From Burkholderiaceae bacterium (lineage in GTDB: Bacteria > Pseudomonadota > Gammaproteobacteria > Burkholderiales > Burkholderiaceae_C): DNA of 64,000 nt. A program made the translations under genes and the position numbers. Positions 47,850 to 59,527 of the stretch are shown piece by piece (position 1 is the stretch's first letter; each line of letters starts with the position of its first letter). The stretch is taken from the NCBI GenBank assembly GCA_024235955.1, contig JACKLJ010000003.1, forward strand, positions 163,027-227,026, written 5' to 3'. The notes below the pieces were generated by a model, which saw nothing but the letters and a program-made list of their open reading frames with translations, searched no databases and was not told the DNA's origin.

Positions 47850-49100
47850 ATGAGTGATTTCTTCGATGCCCTGGAAACGCGTTCGCCGGCCGAGCGTGAG
47901 GCGGCGCTGATGGCGGCGCTGCCGCGGCAGGTGGCGCACGCGCAGGCGGCCAGTGCGGCCATGGGCGAGATCCTGGCGGGCGTGGATGCGGCGGCCGTCA
48001 ACTCGCGCGCCGCGCTGGCGCGCCTGCCGGTCACGCGCAAGAGCGAGCTGCTGGCGCGCCAGCAGGCCAGCCGCGCGGCCGGCAAGGATGCCTTCGGCGG
48101 CTTTGCCGCCATCCGCTACGGCGCCGCCATGCCGCGCCTGTACGCCAGCCCCGGCCCGATCTATGAGCCGGAGGGCACGACGCGCGACTACTGGCGCGCC
48201 GCCCGTGCCCTGTTCGCGGCAGGCTTTCGCGCCGGCGACCTGGTGCACAACGCCTTCAGCTACCACATGACGCCCGGCGCGTTCATCATGGAATCGGGCG
48301 CGCACGCCGTCGGCTGCACGGTGTTCCCGGCCGGCACCGGCCAGACCGAGCAGCAGCTGCAGGCCATCGCCGAACTGCGCCCGCAGGGCTACCTGGGTAC
48401 CCCGAGCTTCCTGCGCATCCTGGTCGAGAAGGCGCAGGAAAGCGGCACCGACATGCGCAGTCTGGTCAAGGGCCTGGTCGGCGGCGAGGCCTTTCCGCCC
48501 AGCCTGCGCGACTGGTTCGCCGAACGCGGCATGGCGGTCTACCAGAGCTACGCCACGGCCGATGTCGGCCTGATTGCCTACGAGACCCGCGCGCGCGAGG
48601 GCCTGGTGATCGACGAAGGCGTGATCGTCGAGATCGTGCGGCCGGGCACCGGCGATCCGGTGGCCGAAGGCGAGGTGGGCGAGGTGGTGGTCACGGTGCT
48701 GAACCCCGACTACCCGCTGATCCGCTTCGGCACCGGGGACCTGTCGGCGCTGCTGCCCGGCGCCTGCCCCACGGGCCGCACCAACGCGCGCATCAAGGGC
48801 TGGCTGGGCCGCGCCGACCAGACCACCAAGATCCGCGGCATGTTCGTGCACCCCGGCCAGGTGGCGGAGATCGTCAAGCGCTTTCCCGAGATCGCCCGCG
48901 CCCGCCTGGTGGTGAGCGGCGCCATGGCCAACGACCAGATGAAGCTGCTGGTGGAAAGCGCCGGCGCCGAGGGTCTGGCCCAGCGCGTGGCCGACGCCGT
49001 GCGCGACGTGACCAAGCTGCGCGGCGACGTCGAAGTGGTGGCCCCCGGCAGCCTGCCCAACGACGGCAAGGTGATCGAGGACGCGCGCAGCTACGAGTAG
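47850..49100 (+). CDS. Phenylacetate-CoA ligase-like (PaaK family) adenylate-forming enzyme
   Basis: ASPGPIYEP, FSYHMTPG, YATAD.G, PLIRFGTGDL, GRADQTTKIRG.FVHP. Confidence 0.88.
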   Translation: MSDFFDALETRSPAEREAALMAALPRQVAHAQAASAAMGEILAGVDAAAVNSRAALARLPVTRKSELLARQQASRAAGKDAFGGFAAIRYGAAMPRLYASPGPIYEPEGTTRDYWRAARALFAAGFRAGDLVHNAFSYHMTPGAFIMESGAHAVGCTVFPAGTGQTEQQLQAIAELRPQGYLGTPSFLRILVEKAQESGTDMRSLVKGLVGGEAFPPSLRDWFAERGMAVYQSYATADVGLIAYETRAREGLVIDEGVIVEIVRPGTGDPVAEGEVGEVVVTVLNPDYPLIRFGTGDLSALLPGACPTGRTNARIKGWLGRADQTTKIRGMFVHPGQVAEIVKRFPEIARARLVVSGAMANDQMKLLVESAGAEGLAQRVADAVRDVTKLRGDVEVVAPGSLPNDGKVIEDARSYE

Positions 49101-49217
49101 CCGCAGGCGTCGCGCAGGCGACCCTCAACGCGCTCTACCGCTGGCAAACCCCGATGACGGGGCATCGGTGCCTGCCTACCATCTGCACGCGCCGCCCGGC
49201 CACCGTGCGCGGCGCCG

Positions 49218-49607
49218 TTGTTCATGCAAGCCTCTCTGCGCATCGTCGATTCCATCACCCAGCTCGGCGCGTCCGATGCCGGCTGTGTGGCTGTGAGCGG
49301 CTCGCACGGCGGCATGAGCTCTGCACGCTATGCGCTGGCCGCGCGGCCGCTGCTTTCGGTGTTCAACGACGCCGGGGTCGGCAGGGATGGCGCGGGCATC
49401 GCCGCGCTCGCATTCCTGCAGGGCCACGGGCTGGCGGCCTGCACCGTGGCGCACGACAGCGCCCGCATCGGCGAGGCGAGCAGCACCTATGATCAAGGCG
49501 TCCTCAGCCACTGCAACGCGGCGGCCGGGGCGCTGGGCTTTGTGCCCGGGCAGCCGTTGAAGCAAGCCCTGGGCAACCTGATTCACAGCAGAGAGGAGAC
49601 CTCATGA
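49218..49607 (+). CDS. Hypothetical protein (about 129 aa), coupled to the Bug gene
   Basis: Globular-looking sequence with SGSHGG, FNDAGVG and SARIG; ATGA overlap with the next gene. Confidence 0.6.
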   Translation: MFMQASLRIVDSITQLGASDAGCVAVSGSHGGMSSARYALAARPLLSVFNDAGVGRDGAGIAALAFLQGHGLAACTVAHDSARIGEASSTYDQGVLSHCNAAAGALGFVPGQPLKQALGNLIHSREETS

Positions 49608-50623
49608 CATCCATCAAGTTCAAGATGAACCGGCGCCTGGCCCTGGCCGCATCGGCGGTAGCAGCTTCGATTTTCGTAGCGGCGCCGGCCTGGTCGCAAA
49701 GCCACTGGCCCGACAAGACGGTGAAGATCGTCGTGCCCTTCGCGGCCGGCGGCACCACCGACATCCTGGCGCGCGCCATCGCACCGGAGCTGTCCAAGGC
49801 GTTCGGCCAGCAGTTCATCGTGGACAACCGCTCGGGTGCCGGCGGCAACGTGGGCGCGGACATCGTCGCCAAGTCGGCGCCCGACGGCTACACGCTGCTG
49901 ATGGGCACGGTGGGCACGCACGGCATCAACCGCGCGCTCTACAGCAAGCTGCCGTACGACCCGATCAAGGACTTCGCGCCCATCACCCTGGTGGCCGGTG
50001 TGCCGAACGTGATGGAGATGAACGCCGCCAAGGCCAAGGAGCTGGGCATCACCGACGTGGCCAGCTTCATCAAGTACGCCAAGGCGCATCCCGGCAAGCT
50101 CAACATGGCTTCCAGCGGCAACGGCACGTCGATCCACATGGCCGGCGAGCTGTTCAAGAGCATGGCAGGTGTCTACATGCTGCACGTGCCCTACCGCGGC
50201 TCCGGCCCGGCGCTGCTCGACATGGTGGCCGGCAACATGGACGTGATGTTCGACAACCTGCCGTCGTCGATGCAGCAGATCAAGGGCGGCAAGCTGCTGC
50301 CGCTGGCCGTCACCAGCGCCAAGCGCTCGCCCGCGCTGCCCGATGTGCCCACCGTGGAAGAGGTCGGTGGCCCGGCCCTCAAGGGCTATGAGGCCAGCAG
50401 CTGGTTCGGCCTGCTGGCACCGGCCGGCACGCCGGCGGACATCGTCAACCGCATCCAGCAGGAAACCGCCAAGGCGCTGGCCTCACCCGCCGTGCGCGAC
50501 AAGCTGCTGGCCCAGGGCGCCGCCCCCGGCGGCAACACGCCGGCCGAATTCGCCAGGATGATCGACGCCGAACACGTCAAGTGGGCCAAGGTCGTCAAGG
50601 CCTCCGGCGCCAAGGTGGACTGA
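49604..50623 (+). CDS. Bug/TctC tripartite tricarboxylate transporter substrate-binding protein
   Basis: [48 protein letters not shown]. Confidence 0.93.
   Translation: MTSIKFKMNRRLALAASAVAASIFVAAPAWSQSHWPDKTVKIVVPFAAGGTTDILARAIAPELSKAFGQQFIVDNRSGAGGNVGADIVAKSAPDGYTLLMGTVGTHGINRALYSKLPYDPIKDFAPITLVAGVPNVMEMNAAKAKELGITDVASFIKYAKAHPGKLNMASSGNGTSIHMAGELFKSMAGVYMLHVPYRGSGPALLDMVAGNMDVMFDNLPSSMQQIKGGKLLPLAVTSAKRSPALPDVPTVEEVGGPALKGYEASSWFGLLAPAGTPADIVNRIQQETAKALASPAVRDKLLAQGAAPGGNTPAEFARMIDAEHVKWAKVVKASGAKVD
49619..49680 (-). repeat. Diverged family A repeat overlapping the Bug signal peptide
   Basis: Reverse complement GCTACGAAAATCGAAGCTGCTACCGCC...AGGGCCAGGCGCCGGTTCATCTTGAA. Confidence 0.55.
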
Positions 50624-50791
50624 GGCTGGATGCCCGCCGCCCGAGGGTGGGTGCCCGCGATGGCGCGGCGATCATCTTGCCTCAGGGGGCGCTCCTGAAC
50701 CGCTGGCGCCAAGCGGTGAGGTGCCGATCCGTCAGGGTCTCAAATCCCTGGTCCAACCCTCCACCTGGGGAGGGCGAGTCAAGCCATCAGA

Positions 50792-50975
50792 AGGCCGCGG
50801 AGCAGGCCAAGCCGGTGATCGCCGGGCCGGGCTTGTACCGGCCGCTGGCGGTGTTCCCCCTAGCGCAGCGAGAGAGGCTGAGGCCTGCGGCTCCTGACCT
50901 GCCTGCGCAGACCCGGGCAAGCCGAAGAGCCGCCGTCTCTGGCGGCGAGCACGCGGCGCCTCAGTGACTCAGGGA
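50792..50975 (-). repeat. Family B repeat, interrupted or composite copy
   Basis: GGCCGCGGAGCAGGCC end at 50793, core to about 50862, and the far end GTGACTCAGGG at about 50964, with about 100 extra bases between. Confidence 0.65.
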
Positions 50976-50979
50976 GTCT

Positions 50980-51297
50980 CTAAACTCCCCAGACCACATC
51001 CTTGCCCGCCGCCGCGCTCTTTTCCAGCAACTCGATGAACGGGCCGGCGCGGCTGCGCAGCGACACGCCGCCGCTGGTGTCGGTTTCGTCGTCGCTCTTG
51101 TCGGCCGCCGGTGCGTTGGCGGCAGCCTCCTGCGCCTCGATCGCCTTGTGGAGGGCGGCCACCGCGGCCGGCACCTGATCCACCGTGACGATGCCCTGCG
51201 GCGCGGGTGACTTGCCGATGATCTTGAGCAGGGTCTCCGCGTCCGGCTGCAACATGATGACTTCGGCGGCGGCCTGGGACTTGAATTTGTAGAGCAT
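50980..51297 (-). CDS. DUF1840-family protein
   Basis: [15 protein letters not shown]...LL.IIGK, VSLR.RA.PFIELL, VVWGV. Confidence 0.8.
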   Translation of the reverse strand: MLYKFKSQAAAEVIMLQPDAETLLKIIGKSPAPQGIVTVDQVPAAVAALHKAIEAQEAAANAPAADKSDDETDTSGGVSLRSRAGPFIELLEKSAAAGKDVVWGV

Positions 51298-51487
51298 GGT
51301 TTTTCTCCGGCGAATGGCTTGACGCACGGTTGCGTCGAGAACAAAGGCGTTACACCGCCATTGTGCCCGTTCACGCCGGCCCGTTTTGTCGGACGGCTGC
51401 GCATCGGGAGCGCGGTGGCGCGGAGCGCCTTCGGCGACAACATCCCCTGGGTGGGACAACCCACGGCGGCCCGCCAGTTCCGGGGGC

Positions 51488-51516
51488 TTGACAATGATTG
51501 TTCAAGCTTAAACAAT
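51488..51516 (+). promoter_or_regulatory. Sigma70 promoter overlapped by a palindromic (MarR-type) operator
   Basis: TTGACA-17-AACAAT; ATTGTTCAAG|CTTAAACAAT palindrome (9/10) at 51497-51516. Confidence 0.65.
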
Positions 51517-51522
51517 ATCGAC

Positions 51523-53940
51523 ATGAACAACCTGTCCTGCGTCCTGTGCATCGGCGGCGGCCCTGCGGGCCTGTACTTCGGCCTGCTGCTGAAGAAACAG
51601 CGGCCCGGCTGCCGGGTGGTGGTGGTCGAGCGCAACCGGCCCGACGACACCTTTGGCTGGGGCGTGGTGCTGTCGGACCAGACGCTGGAGAACCTGCGCG
51701 TGGCCGACGCCGAGAGCGCGCGCCTGATCGGCGACGCCTTCAACCACTGGGACGACATCGAGGTCTTCTACAAGGGCCGCAGCGTGCGCTCCACCGGCCA
51801 CGGCTTCTGCGGCATCGGGCGCATGCACCTGCTGGGCATCCTGCAGGACCGCTGCCGCGCCCTGGGGGTCGAACTGGTGTTCGAAACCGACGTCGCCGAC
51901 GAGCGCGCGCTGGCCGCCCAGTACGGCGCCGACCTGGTGATCGCCAGCGACGGCCTCAACAGCCGCATCCGCGCGCGCTACGAAGACGTGTTCCAGCCCG
52001 ACATCGACACGCGCCGCTGCCGCTTCGTCTGGCTCGGCACCAAAAAGACCTTCGACGCGTTCACCTTCGCCTTCGAACAGACCGAGCACGGCTGGTTCCA
52101 GGCCCATGCCTACAAGTTCGACGACGACACCTCCACCTTCATCGTCGAGACGCCCGAGGCGGTCTGGAAGGCCCACGGCCTCGACCAGATGAGCCAGGAA
52201 GAGGGCATTGCGTTCTGCGAGAAGCTGTTCGCCAGATACCTGGACGGCCATCGCCTGATCAGCAACGCCAAACACCTCCGCGGCGCGGCCATCTGGATCC
52301 GCTTCCCGCGCGTGATCTGCAACACCTGGGTGCACCACGAAACCATCCAGGGCCGGCGCGTGCCCATCGTGCTGATGGGCGACGCGGCGCACACGGCGCA
52401 TTTCTCCATCGGCAGCGGCACCAAGCTGGCGATGGAAGACGCCATCGACCTGGCGCGCGAATTCCGCCAGGCCGAGGCTACGGGCGCCGGCATGGACGAA
52501 GCGCTCGCCGACTACCAGGCGCACCGCAGCGTCGAGGTGCTGAAGATCCAGAACGCCGCGCGCAACTCCACCGAATGGTTCGAGAACGTGGACCGCTACA
52601 CCGGGATGGCGATCGAGCAGTTCGCCTACTCGCTGCTCACGCGCAGCCAGCGCATCAGCCACGAGAACCTGCGGCTGCGCGACGCCGGCTGGCTGCAGGG
52701 CTACGAGGCGTGGTTTGCCAGCCACCATCCTGGGCCGCGCGACGCAGCAGCCGCGGACGGCGCGGCGCGCACCGGCGCACCGCCGCTGCCCATGTTCACG
52801 CCCTTCACCGTACGCGGCTTGACATTGAAGAACCGCGTGGTCGTCTCGCCCATGGCGCAGTACAGCGCGGCGGACGGCGTGGTGGGCGACTACCATCTGG
52901 TGCACCTGGGCGCGCGCGCCCAGGGCGGTGCCGCGCTGGTGATGGTCGAGATGACCAGCCCCACGCCCGAAGGCCGCATCACGCCCGGCTGCCCGGGTTT
53001 GTGGAACGACGCGCAGCAGGCCGCGTTCCGGCGCATTGTCGATTTCGTGCACCGCGAGACCGGCGCCGCCATCGGCCTGCAGCTGGGCCACAGCGGTCCC
53101 AAGGGCTCGACCCAGCTCGGCTGGGAAGCCATCGACGAGCCGCTGCCCGAAGGCAATTGGCCGCTGCTGGCCGCCAGCGCCATCCCCTACGGCCCGCAGA
53201 ACCAGACGCCACGGGCCATCACGCATGCGGAGATGGCGGCGCTGAAAGACGCCTTCGTCGACTCCACCCGCCGCGCCGCCGCGGCCGGTTTCGACTGGCT
53301 GGAGCTGCACGCCGCGCACGGCTACCTGCTGTCGTCGTTCATCAGCCCGCTCACCAACCACCGCACCGACGTCTACGGCGGCACGCTGGAGAACCGCTGC
53401 CGCTGGCCGCTGGAAGTGTTCACCGCCATGCGTGCGGCCTGGCCGGCGGATCGGCCGATGAGCGTGCGCATCTCCGCCCATGACTGGGTCGAAGGCGGCA
53501 TCACGCCGGACGACGCAGTGGCCATCGCGCGCCTGTTCAAGGCGGCGGGCTGCGACATGATCGACGTCTCGTCCGGCCAGACCACGCGCCGCGCGCGGCC
53601 GGTCTACGGCCGCATGTACCAGACACCGTTCGCCGACCGCGTCCGCAACGAGGCGGGCATCGCTACCATCGCCGTCGGCGCCATCACCGAGGCCGACCAG
53701 GCCAACGGCATCATCGCCGCCGGCCGGGCCGACCTGTGCGCCATCGCCCGCCCGCACCTGGCCGATCCGGCCTGGACGTTGCATGAAGCCGCCAGGCTGC
53801 AGAGCCACGACGTCGCCTGGCCGCGCCAGTACCTCAGCGGGCGCGACCAGCTCTACCGCGAACTCGAGAAGCAAAAAGTGCTTCTGGCCCAGGCGGGGCT
53901 GGCGCAGACAGCTATCAATAGCGAAGCGGAAGGGGCCTGA
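51523..53940 (+). CDS. Bifunctional aromatic-acyl-CoA monooxygenase/reductase (2-aminobenzoyl-CoA monooxygenase AbmA / salicylyl-CoA 5-hydroxylase family)
   Basis: N-terminal FAD monooxygenase ([22 protein letters not shown]) fused to an Old-Yellow-Enzyme domain ([23 protein letters not shown]). Confidence 0.9.
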   Translation: MNNLSCVLCIGGGPAGLYFGLLLKKQRPGCRVVVVERNRPDDTFGWGVVLSDQTLENLRVADAESARLIGDAFNHWDDIEVFYKGRSVRSTGHGFCGIGRMHLLGILQDRCRALGVELVFETDVADERALAAQYGADLVIASDGLNSRIRARYEDVFQPDIDTRRCRFVWLGTKKTFDAFTFAFEQTEHGWFQAHAYKFDDDTSTFIVETPEAVWKAHGLDQMSQEEGIAFCEKLFARYLDGHRLISNAKHLRGAAIWIRFPRVICNTWVHHETIQGRRVPIVLMGDAAHTAHFSIGSGTKLAMEDAIDLAREFRQAEATGAGMDEALADYQAHRSVEVLKIQNAARNSTEWFENVDRYTGMAIEQFAYSLLTRSQRISHENLRLRDAGWLQGYEAWFASHHPGPRDAAAADGAARTGAPPLPMFTPFTVRGLTLKNRVVVSPMAQYSAADGVVGDYHLVHLGARAQGGAALVMVEMTSPTPEGRITPGCPGLWNDAQQAAFRRIVDFVHRETGAAIGLQLGHSGPKGSTQLGWEAIDEPLPEGNWPLLAASAIPYGPQNQTPRAITHAEMAALKDAFVDSTRRAAAAGFDWLELHAAHGYLLSSFISPLTNHRTDVYGGTLENRCRWPLEVFTAMRAAWPADRPMSVRISAHDWVEGGITPDDAVAIARLFKAAGCDMIDVSSGQTTRRARPVYGRMYQTPFADRVRNEAGIATIAVGAITEADQANGIIAAGRADLCAIARPHLADPAWTLHEAARLQSHDVAWPRQYLSGRDQLYRELEKQKVLLAQAGLAQTAINSEAEGA
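53868..53924 (-). repeat. Family A repeat forming the monooxygenase C-terminus
   Basis: Reverse complement GCTATTGATAGCTGTCTGCGCCAGCC...GGGCCAGAAGCACTTTTTGC. Confidence 0.7.
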
Positions 53941-53941
53941 G

Positions 53942-54406
53942 ATGGACCTGGAGGCCCGCGCCCATGCCGAGCACCCGCAGGAGCTGCGCCTGTGGCTGCG
54001 CATGCTCACCTGCACGCAGCTGATCGAAAAGCAGGTGCGCAGCCAGCTGCGCGAGCAGTTCGATACGACGCTGCCGCGCTTCGACCTGATGGCGCAGCTC
54101 GAGCGCGCGCCCGAGGGCCTGCGCATGAACGAGCTGTCGCGCCGCCTGATGGTCACCGGCGGCAACGTCACCACCATCACCGACCAGCTGGAGCGCGAAG
54201 CCCTGGTGGAGCGCGTCGAGGTGCCGGGCGACCGGCGCGCCTACCTCGTGCGCCTCACCGCCAAGGGCCGGCGCCAGTTCAACGCCATGGCGCTGGCGCA
54301 CGAGGCCTGGATCGTGCAGGCCTTCCACGGCCTGTCCGAGGCCGAGGCGCGCCAGCTCCACGCCTTGCTCGGCAAGGTCAAGCAACTGCAACAGGAGACC
54401 GTGTGA
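53942..54406 (+). CDS. MarR-family transcriptional regulator
   Basis: [29 protein letters not shown]...[15 protein letters not shown]. Confidence 0.93.
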   Translation: MDLEARAHAEHPQELRLWLRMLTCTQLIEKQVRSQLREQFDTTLPRFDLMAQLERAPEGLRMNELSRRLMVTGGNVTTITDQLEREALVERVEVPGDRRAYLVRLTAKGRRQFNAMALAHEAWIVQAFHGLSEAEARQLHALLGKVKQLQQETV

Positions 54407-55259
54407 AGCACTACATCGGCAGCGCCAACCCCATGCGCCCGCAATTCGGCGCGCGTGCGGGCTACGAGGCGCAGCATTTCAGCTGGGCCTGCGACGCCGC
54501 CGGCGTGGCCACCGTCACGCTCAACCGCCCGGAGCGCAAGAACCCGCTCACCTTCGACAGCTACGCCGAGCTGCGCGATCTGTTCCACGGCCTGCGCTAC
54601 GCCACCGACGTGAAGGTGGTGGTGCTGGCGGGCGAGGGTGGCAACTTCTGCTCCGGCGGCGACGTGCACGACATCATCGGCCCGCTGACGAAGATGAGCA
54701 TGCCCGAGCTGCTGGAGTTCACCCGCATGACGGGCGATCTGGTCAAGGCCATGCGCGGCTGTCCGCAGCCCGTCGTCGGCGCCATCGACGGCGTCTGCGC
54801 CGGCGCCGGCGCCATGATGGCGCTGGCCTGCGATCTGCGCTACGGCACCGCCGCCACCAGGACCGCCTTCCTGTTCACCCGCGTCGGCCTGGCCGGTGCC
54901 GACATGGGTGCCTGCGCCTTGCTGCCACGTGTGATCGGCCAGGGCCGCGCCAGCGAGCTGCTGTTCACCGGCCGTGCCATGAGCGCGCAGGAAGGGCTGG
55001 CCTGGGGCTTCTTCAACGCCTTGCATGAGCCTGGCGACCTGCTGGTCAGGGCGCAAGGCATGGCTGCCGAACTGGCGGCAGGCCCGACCTTCGCCCACGG
55101 CATGACCAAGACCATGCTCAGCCAGGAGTGGGCCATGACCATCGAGCAGGCCATCGAGGCCGAGGCGCAGGCCCAGGCCATCTGCATGCAGACGCAGGAC
55201 TTCCGCCGCGCGTACGAGGCTTTCGCCGCACGGCAAAAGCCCGTGTTCGGAGGCGATTG

Positions 55260-55260
<1 letters not shown>
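54403..55260 (+). CDS. Enoyl-CoA hydratase/isomerase family protein
   Basis: [37 protein letters not shown] start overlaps the MarR stop. Confidence 0.92.
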
Positions 55261-56489
<1,229 letters not shown>

Positions 56490-56600
56490 CCCCCCTGAGC
56501 CGCTGCGCGTCTTCCCCCCTTTGCTTCGCAGGGGGGACAACGCCAGTGGCCGGCACAGGTCCGGCCACGGCGTTCGCTGGCATGGCCTGCTCCGCGGCCT
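56490..56600 (+). repeat. Family B repeat (intergenic, abutting a stop codon)
   Basis: CCCCCTGAGCCGC...TGGCCGG..CCGGCCA...GGCCTGCTCCGCGGCC. Confidence 0.88.
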
Positions 56601-56657
56601 CCCGACCTGATGCCGGCCTGGTGGGTGACAGCGGTTGCCGCGCACAGGAGTTTTGAG

Positions 56658-58280
56658 ATGAGCCCACCCAGCGCCCAGACCGACCGCTTCGTCCACGACC
56701 GGCTGCCGCCGCGCGCGCAGTGGCCCGAGCTGCGCTACGACCTGCCGGAGCTGCGCGTGCCGGACCAGGTGAACCTGGTGCACGAGCTGCTCGGCCGCGC
56801 CGGCGAGCGCGGCTGGGCCGGGCGGCAGCTGTTCATCGCGCCCGGCCGCACGCTGACCTACGGGCAGGCGCAGCGCGAGGTCAATCGCATCGCCCGAGTG
56901 CTGACGGATGAGCTGAAGCTGCAGCCCGGCAACCGCGTGCTGCTGCGCGGCGGCAATTCCATCGCCATGGCACTGGCCTGGCTGGCGGTGGTCAAGGCCG
57001 GGCTGATCGCCGTCGCCACCATGCCGTTGCTGCGCGCCGCCGAGCTGCGCCAGGTGATCGACAAGGCGCAACCCGCCGCCGCGTTGTGCGACGCCGGTCT
57101 GCTATCGGAACTGGAGCTGGCTGCGCCCGCTGCGTCTGGGCCGATGCCCATTCTGGCTTTCAATGCGGCGGACACGCCGGGCTCTCTGGAGCAGCGCGCC
57201 GCCGCCGCGCCGGAGGCCTTCGAGGCCTGCCCCACGGCGGCCGACGACATCGCCCTGCTGGCCTTCACCAGCGGCACCACCGGCGCGCCCAAGGCCGTGG
57301 TGCACACGCACCGCGACGTGCTGGCCGCCTGCAACGCCTGGCCGCGCCATGTGCTGAAGGCCACGCCCGACGACGTGGTCACCGGCTCGCCGCCGCTGGC
57401 CTTCACCTTCGGCCTGGGCGGCCTGCTGGTGTTTCCCATGGCCGCCGGCAGCGCCATCTACTTTCCGGACGCGCGCTACACGCCCGAAGGCATGGTGCGC
57501 GAGATGGGCGCGCACGGCGTGACCATCTGCTACACCTCGCCCACCTTCTACCGCCAGATGGCGCCGCACGCCCGGGCCATCGGCATCCCCGGCCTGCGCA
57601 TCTGCGTGAGCGCCGGCGAGGCGCTGCCCGACGCCACGCGCCAGCTCTGGAAAGAGGCCACGGGCATCGAGATGCTCGACGGCATCGGCGCCACCGAGAT
57701 GTTCCACATCTTCATCTCGTCGGCCGGCGGCGAGGTGCGGCGCGGCGCCATCGGCAAGGCGGTGCCCGGCTACCAGGCCAAGGTGGTGGACGAGCAGGGC
57801 CGGGAAGTGCCGCGCGGCACGGTCGGCCGGCTGGCGGTGATCGGCCCCACCGGCTGCCGCTACATGGACGACGCGCGCCAGACCAGGTATGTGCGGCAAG
57901 GCTGGAACCACCCGGGCGACGCCTTCGTGCAGGACGAGGACGGCTACTTCCACTACCAGGCGCGCGACGACGACATGATCATCACCTCCGGCTACAACGT
58001 CGGCGGCCCCGAGGTGGAGGATTGCCTGCTCGCGCACCCGGCGGTGGCCGAATGCGGCGTGGTCGGCAAGCCGGACGATGAACGCGGCATGCTCATCAAG
58101 GCCTTCGTCGTGCTCAAGCCCGGGCAGGAACCCGGCGCCGCGATGGTCAAGACCCTGCAGGACCACGTGAAGCACAGCATCGCACCCTACAAGTACCCGC
58201 GCGAGATCGAATTCGTGCAGGCGCTGCCGCGCACCGAGACCGGCAAGCTGCAGCGCTTCAGACTGAGGCAAGGCTCATGA
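56658..58280 (+). CDS. Aromatic acid-CoA ligase (2-aminobenzoate/benzoate-CoA ligase family)
   Basis: FTSGTTGAPK, PPLAFTFGLGG, DGIGATEMFHIF, PRTETGKLQRF. Confidence 0.9.
   Translation: MSPPSAQTDRFVHDRLPPRAQWPELRYDLPELRVPDQVNLVHELLGRAGERGWAGRQLFIAPGRTLTYGQAQREVNRIARVLTDELKLQPGNRVLLRGGNSIAMALAWLAVVKAGLIAVATMPLLRAAELRQVIDKAQPAAALCDAGLLSELELAAPAASGPMPILAFNAADTPGSLEQRAAAAPEAFEACPTAADDIALLAFTSGTTGAPKAVVHTHRDVLAACNAWPRHVLKATPDDVVTGSPPLAFTFGLGGLLVFPMAAGSAIYFPDARYTPEGMVREMGAHGVTICYTSPTFYRQMAPHARAIGIPGLRICVSAGEALPDATRQLWKEATGIEMLDGIGATEMFHIFISSAGGEVRRGAIGKAVPGYQAKVVDEQGREVPRGTVGRLAVIGPTGCRYMDDARQTRYVRQGWNHPGDAFVQDEDGYFHYQARDDDMIITSGYNVGGPEVEDCLLAHPAVAECGVVGKPDDERGMLIKAFVVLKPGQEPGAAMVKTLQDHVKHSIAPYKYPREIEFVQALPRTETGKLQRFRLRQGS
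57100..57163 (+). repeat. Family A-like repeat, in frame in the CoA ligase
   Basis: TGCTATCGGAACTGGAGCTGGCTGCGCCCGC...TGGGCCGATGCCCATTCTGGCTTTCAA. Confidence 0.55.
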
Positions 58281-58681
58281 CGCATCAAGTACTCCAACCG
58301 GAAGGCTGGGCGACGCCCAGGGGCTACGCCAACGGCATCGCCGCACGCGGCACGCAGGTGTTCGTGGGCGGCCAGATCGGCTGGAACGCCGCGCAGCAGT
58401 TCGAGAGCGACGACTTCATCGACCAGTGCCGCCAGACCCTGCGCAACGTGCTGGCCGTGCTGCGCGAAGCCGGTGCCGGCCCGGAGCACATGGCGCGCAT
58501 GACCTGGTACGTGGTCAGCCGCGACGAGTACAACAGCCGCCTGAAGGAACTCGGCGCCGTCTACCGCGAGGTGATCGGCAGGCACTTCCCGGCTATGACC
58601 TGCGTGCAGGTGGCGGCCCTGATGGAGGCGAGCGCCAGGGTGGAGATCGAGGTCACGGCGGTGGTGCCCGACGCGGCCTGA
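58277..58681 (+). CDS. RidA/YjgF-family protein
   Basis: GYANG, FVGGQIG, L..AGAGPEH, FPAMT.VQV..L, VEIE. Confidence 0.9.
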   Translation: MTHQVLQPEGWATPRGYANGIAARGTQVFVGGQIGWNAAQQFESDDFIDQCRQTLRNVLAVLREAGAGPEHMARMTWYVVSRDEYNSRLKELGAVYREVIGRHFPAMTCVQVAALMEASARVEIEVTAVVPDAA

Positions 58682-58783
58682 GCGCTGCCGTCGCGCCCGC
58701 TGAAGCGCGCGCGTCACCCGGCCGGGCCGGCGCCGTCCGCCCGCGGCGGAAATCGTGTACCTTGGCGGGCAAGGAGACCGCCC

Positions 58784-59509
58784 ATGCCCGTGAAAGCCCC
58801 CGCCGCCGACCTGGTGGACCGCCTGGTCCTGGCCAACCGCATCCTCTACGACCAGGGCGTGGTCGACGGCCTGGGCCATGCCAGCGTGCGCCACGACAGC
58901 GAGCCCGGCGTGTTCCTGCTCTCGTGCAACCGCGCGCCCGGCATGGTGCGCCGGCGCGACATCACCTGCTACGACTACGACGGCAACGCCGTTTCGCCGG
59001 ATGCCGAGCGGCCGTACCTGGAGCGCTTCATCCACGGCGAGATCTACCGCGCCCGGCCCGACGTGGTGGCGGTGGTGCACAGCCATTCACCCAGCGTGAT
59101 CCCGTTCGCCATCACGCGCCACCGGCTGCGGCCGGTCTACCACATGGCCGGTTTCCTGGGCCGTGGCGCCGCGCACTTCGAGATCCGCGACGCCGGCGGC
59201 GACACCGACATGTTGATCCGCAACCCGGCGCTCGGCAAGGCGCTGGCCGATTCGCTGGGCGGCTGCAGCTGCGTGCTGATGCGCGGCCACGGCTCCACGG
59301 TGGTCGGTGCCTCGCTGGAGCAGGCGGTGTACCGCGCCATCTACGCGGAGATGAACGCGCGCCTGCAGCTGGCCGCGCAGCCGCTGGGCGAGATCGAGTT
59401 CCTGAACGAGGCCGAGGCCCGGCTCTCGTCGGACATGAACGATGGCCAGATCCCCCGCTCCTGGAATCTCTGGGTGCAGCGGCTGGGCACCATCGACCTG
59501 GATCACTGA
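58784..59509 (+). CDS. Class II aldolase/adducin-family metalloprotein
   Basis: GHASVR, ERFIH..IYRARPDV..VVHSHS, LMRGHG. Confidence 0.9.
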   Translation: MPVKAPAADLVDRLVLANRILYDQGVVDGLGHASVRHDSEPGVFLLSCNRAPGMVRRRDITCYDYDGNAVSPDAERPYLERFIHGEIYRARPDVVAVVHSHSPSVIPFAITRHRLRPVYHMAGFLGRGAAHFEIRDAGGDTDMLIRNPALGKALADSLGGCSCVLMRGHGSTVVGASLEQAVYRAIYAEMNARLQLAAQPLGEIEFLNEAEARLSSDMNDGQIPRSWNLWVQRLGTIDLDH

Positions 59510-59527
59510 CCCCCAAGGAGACCACCC

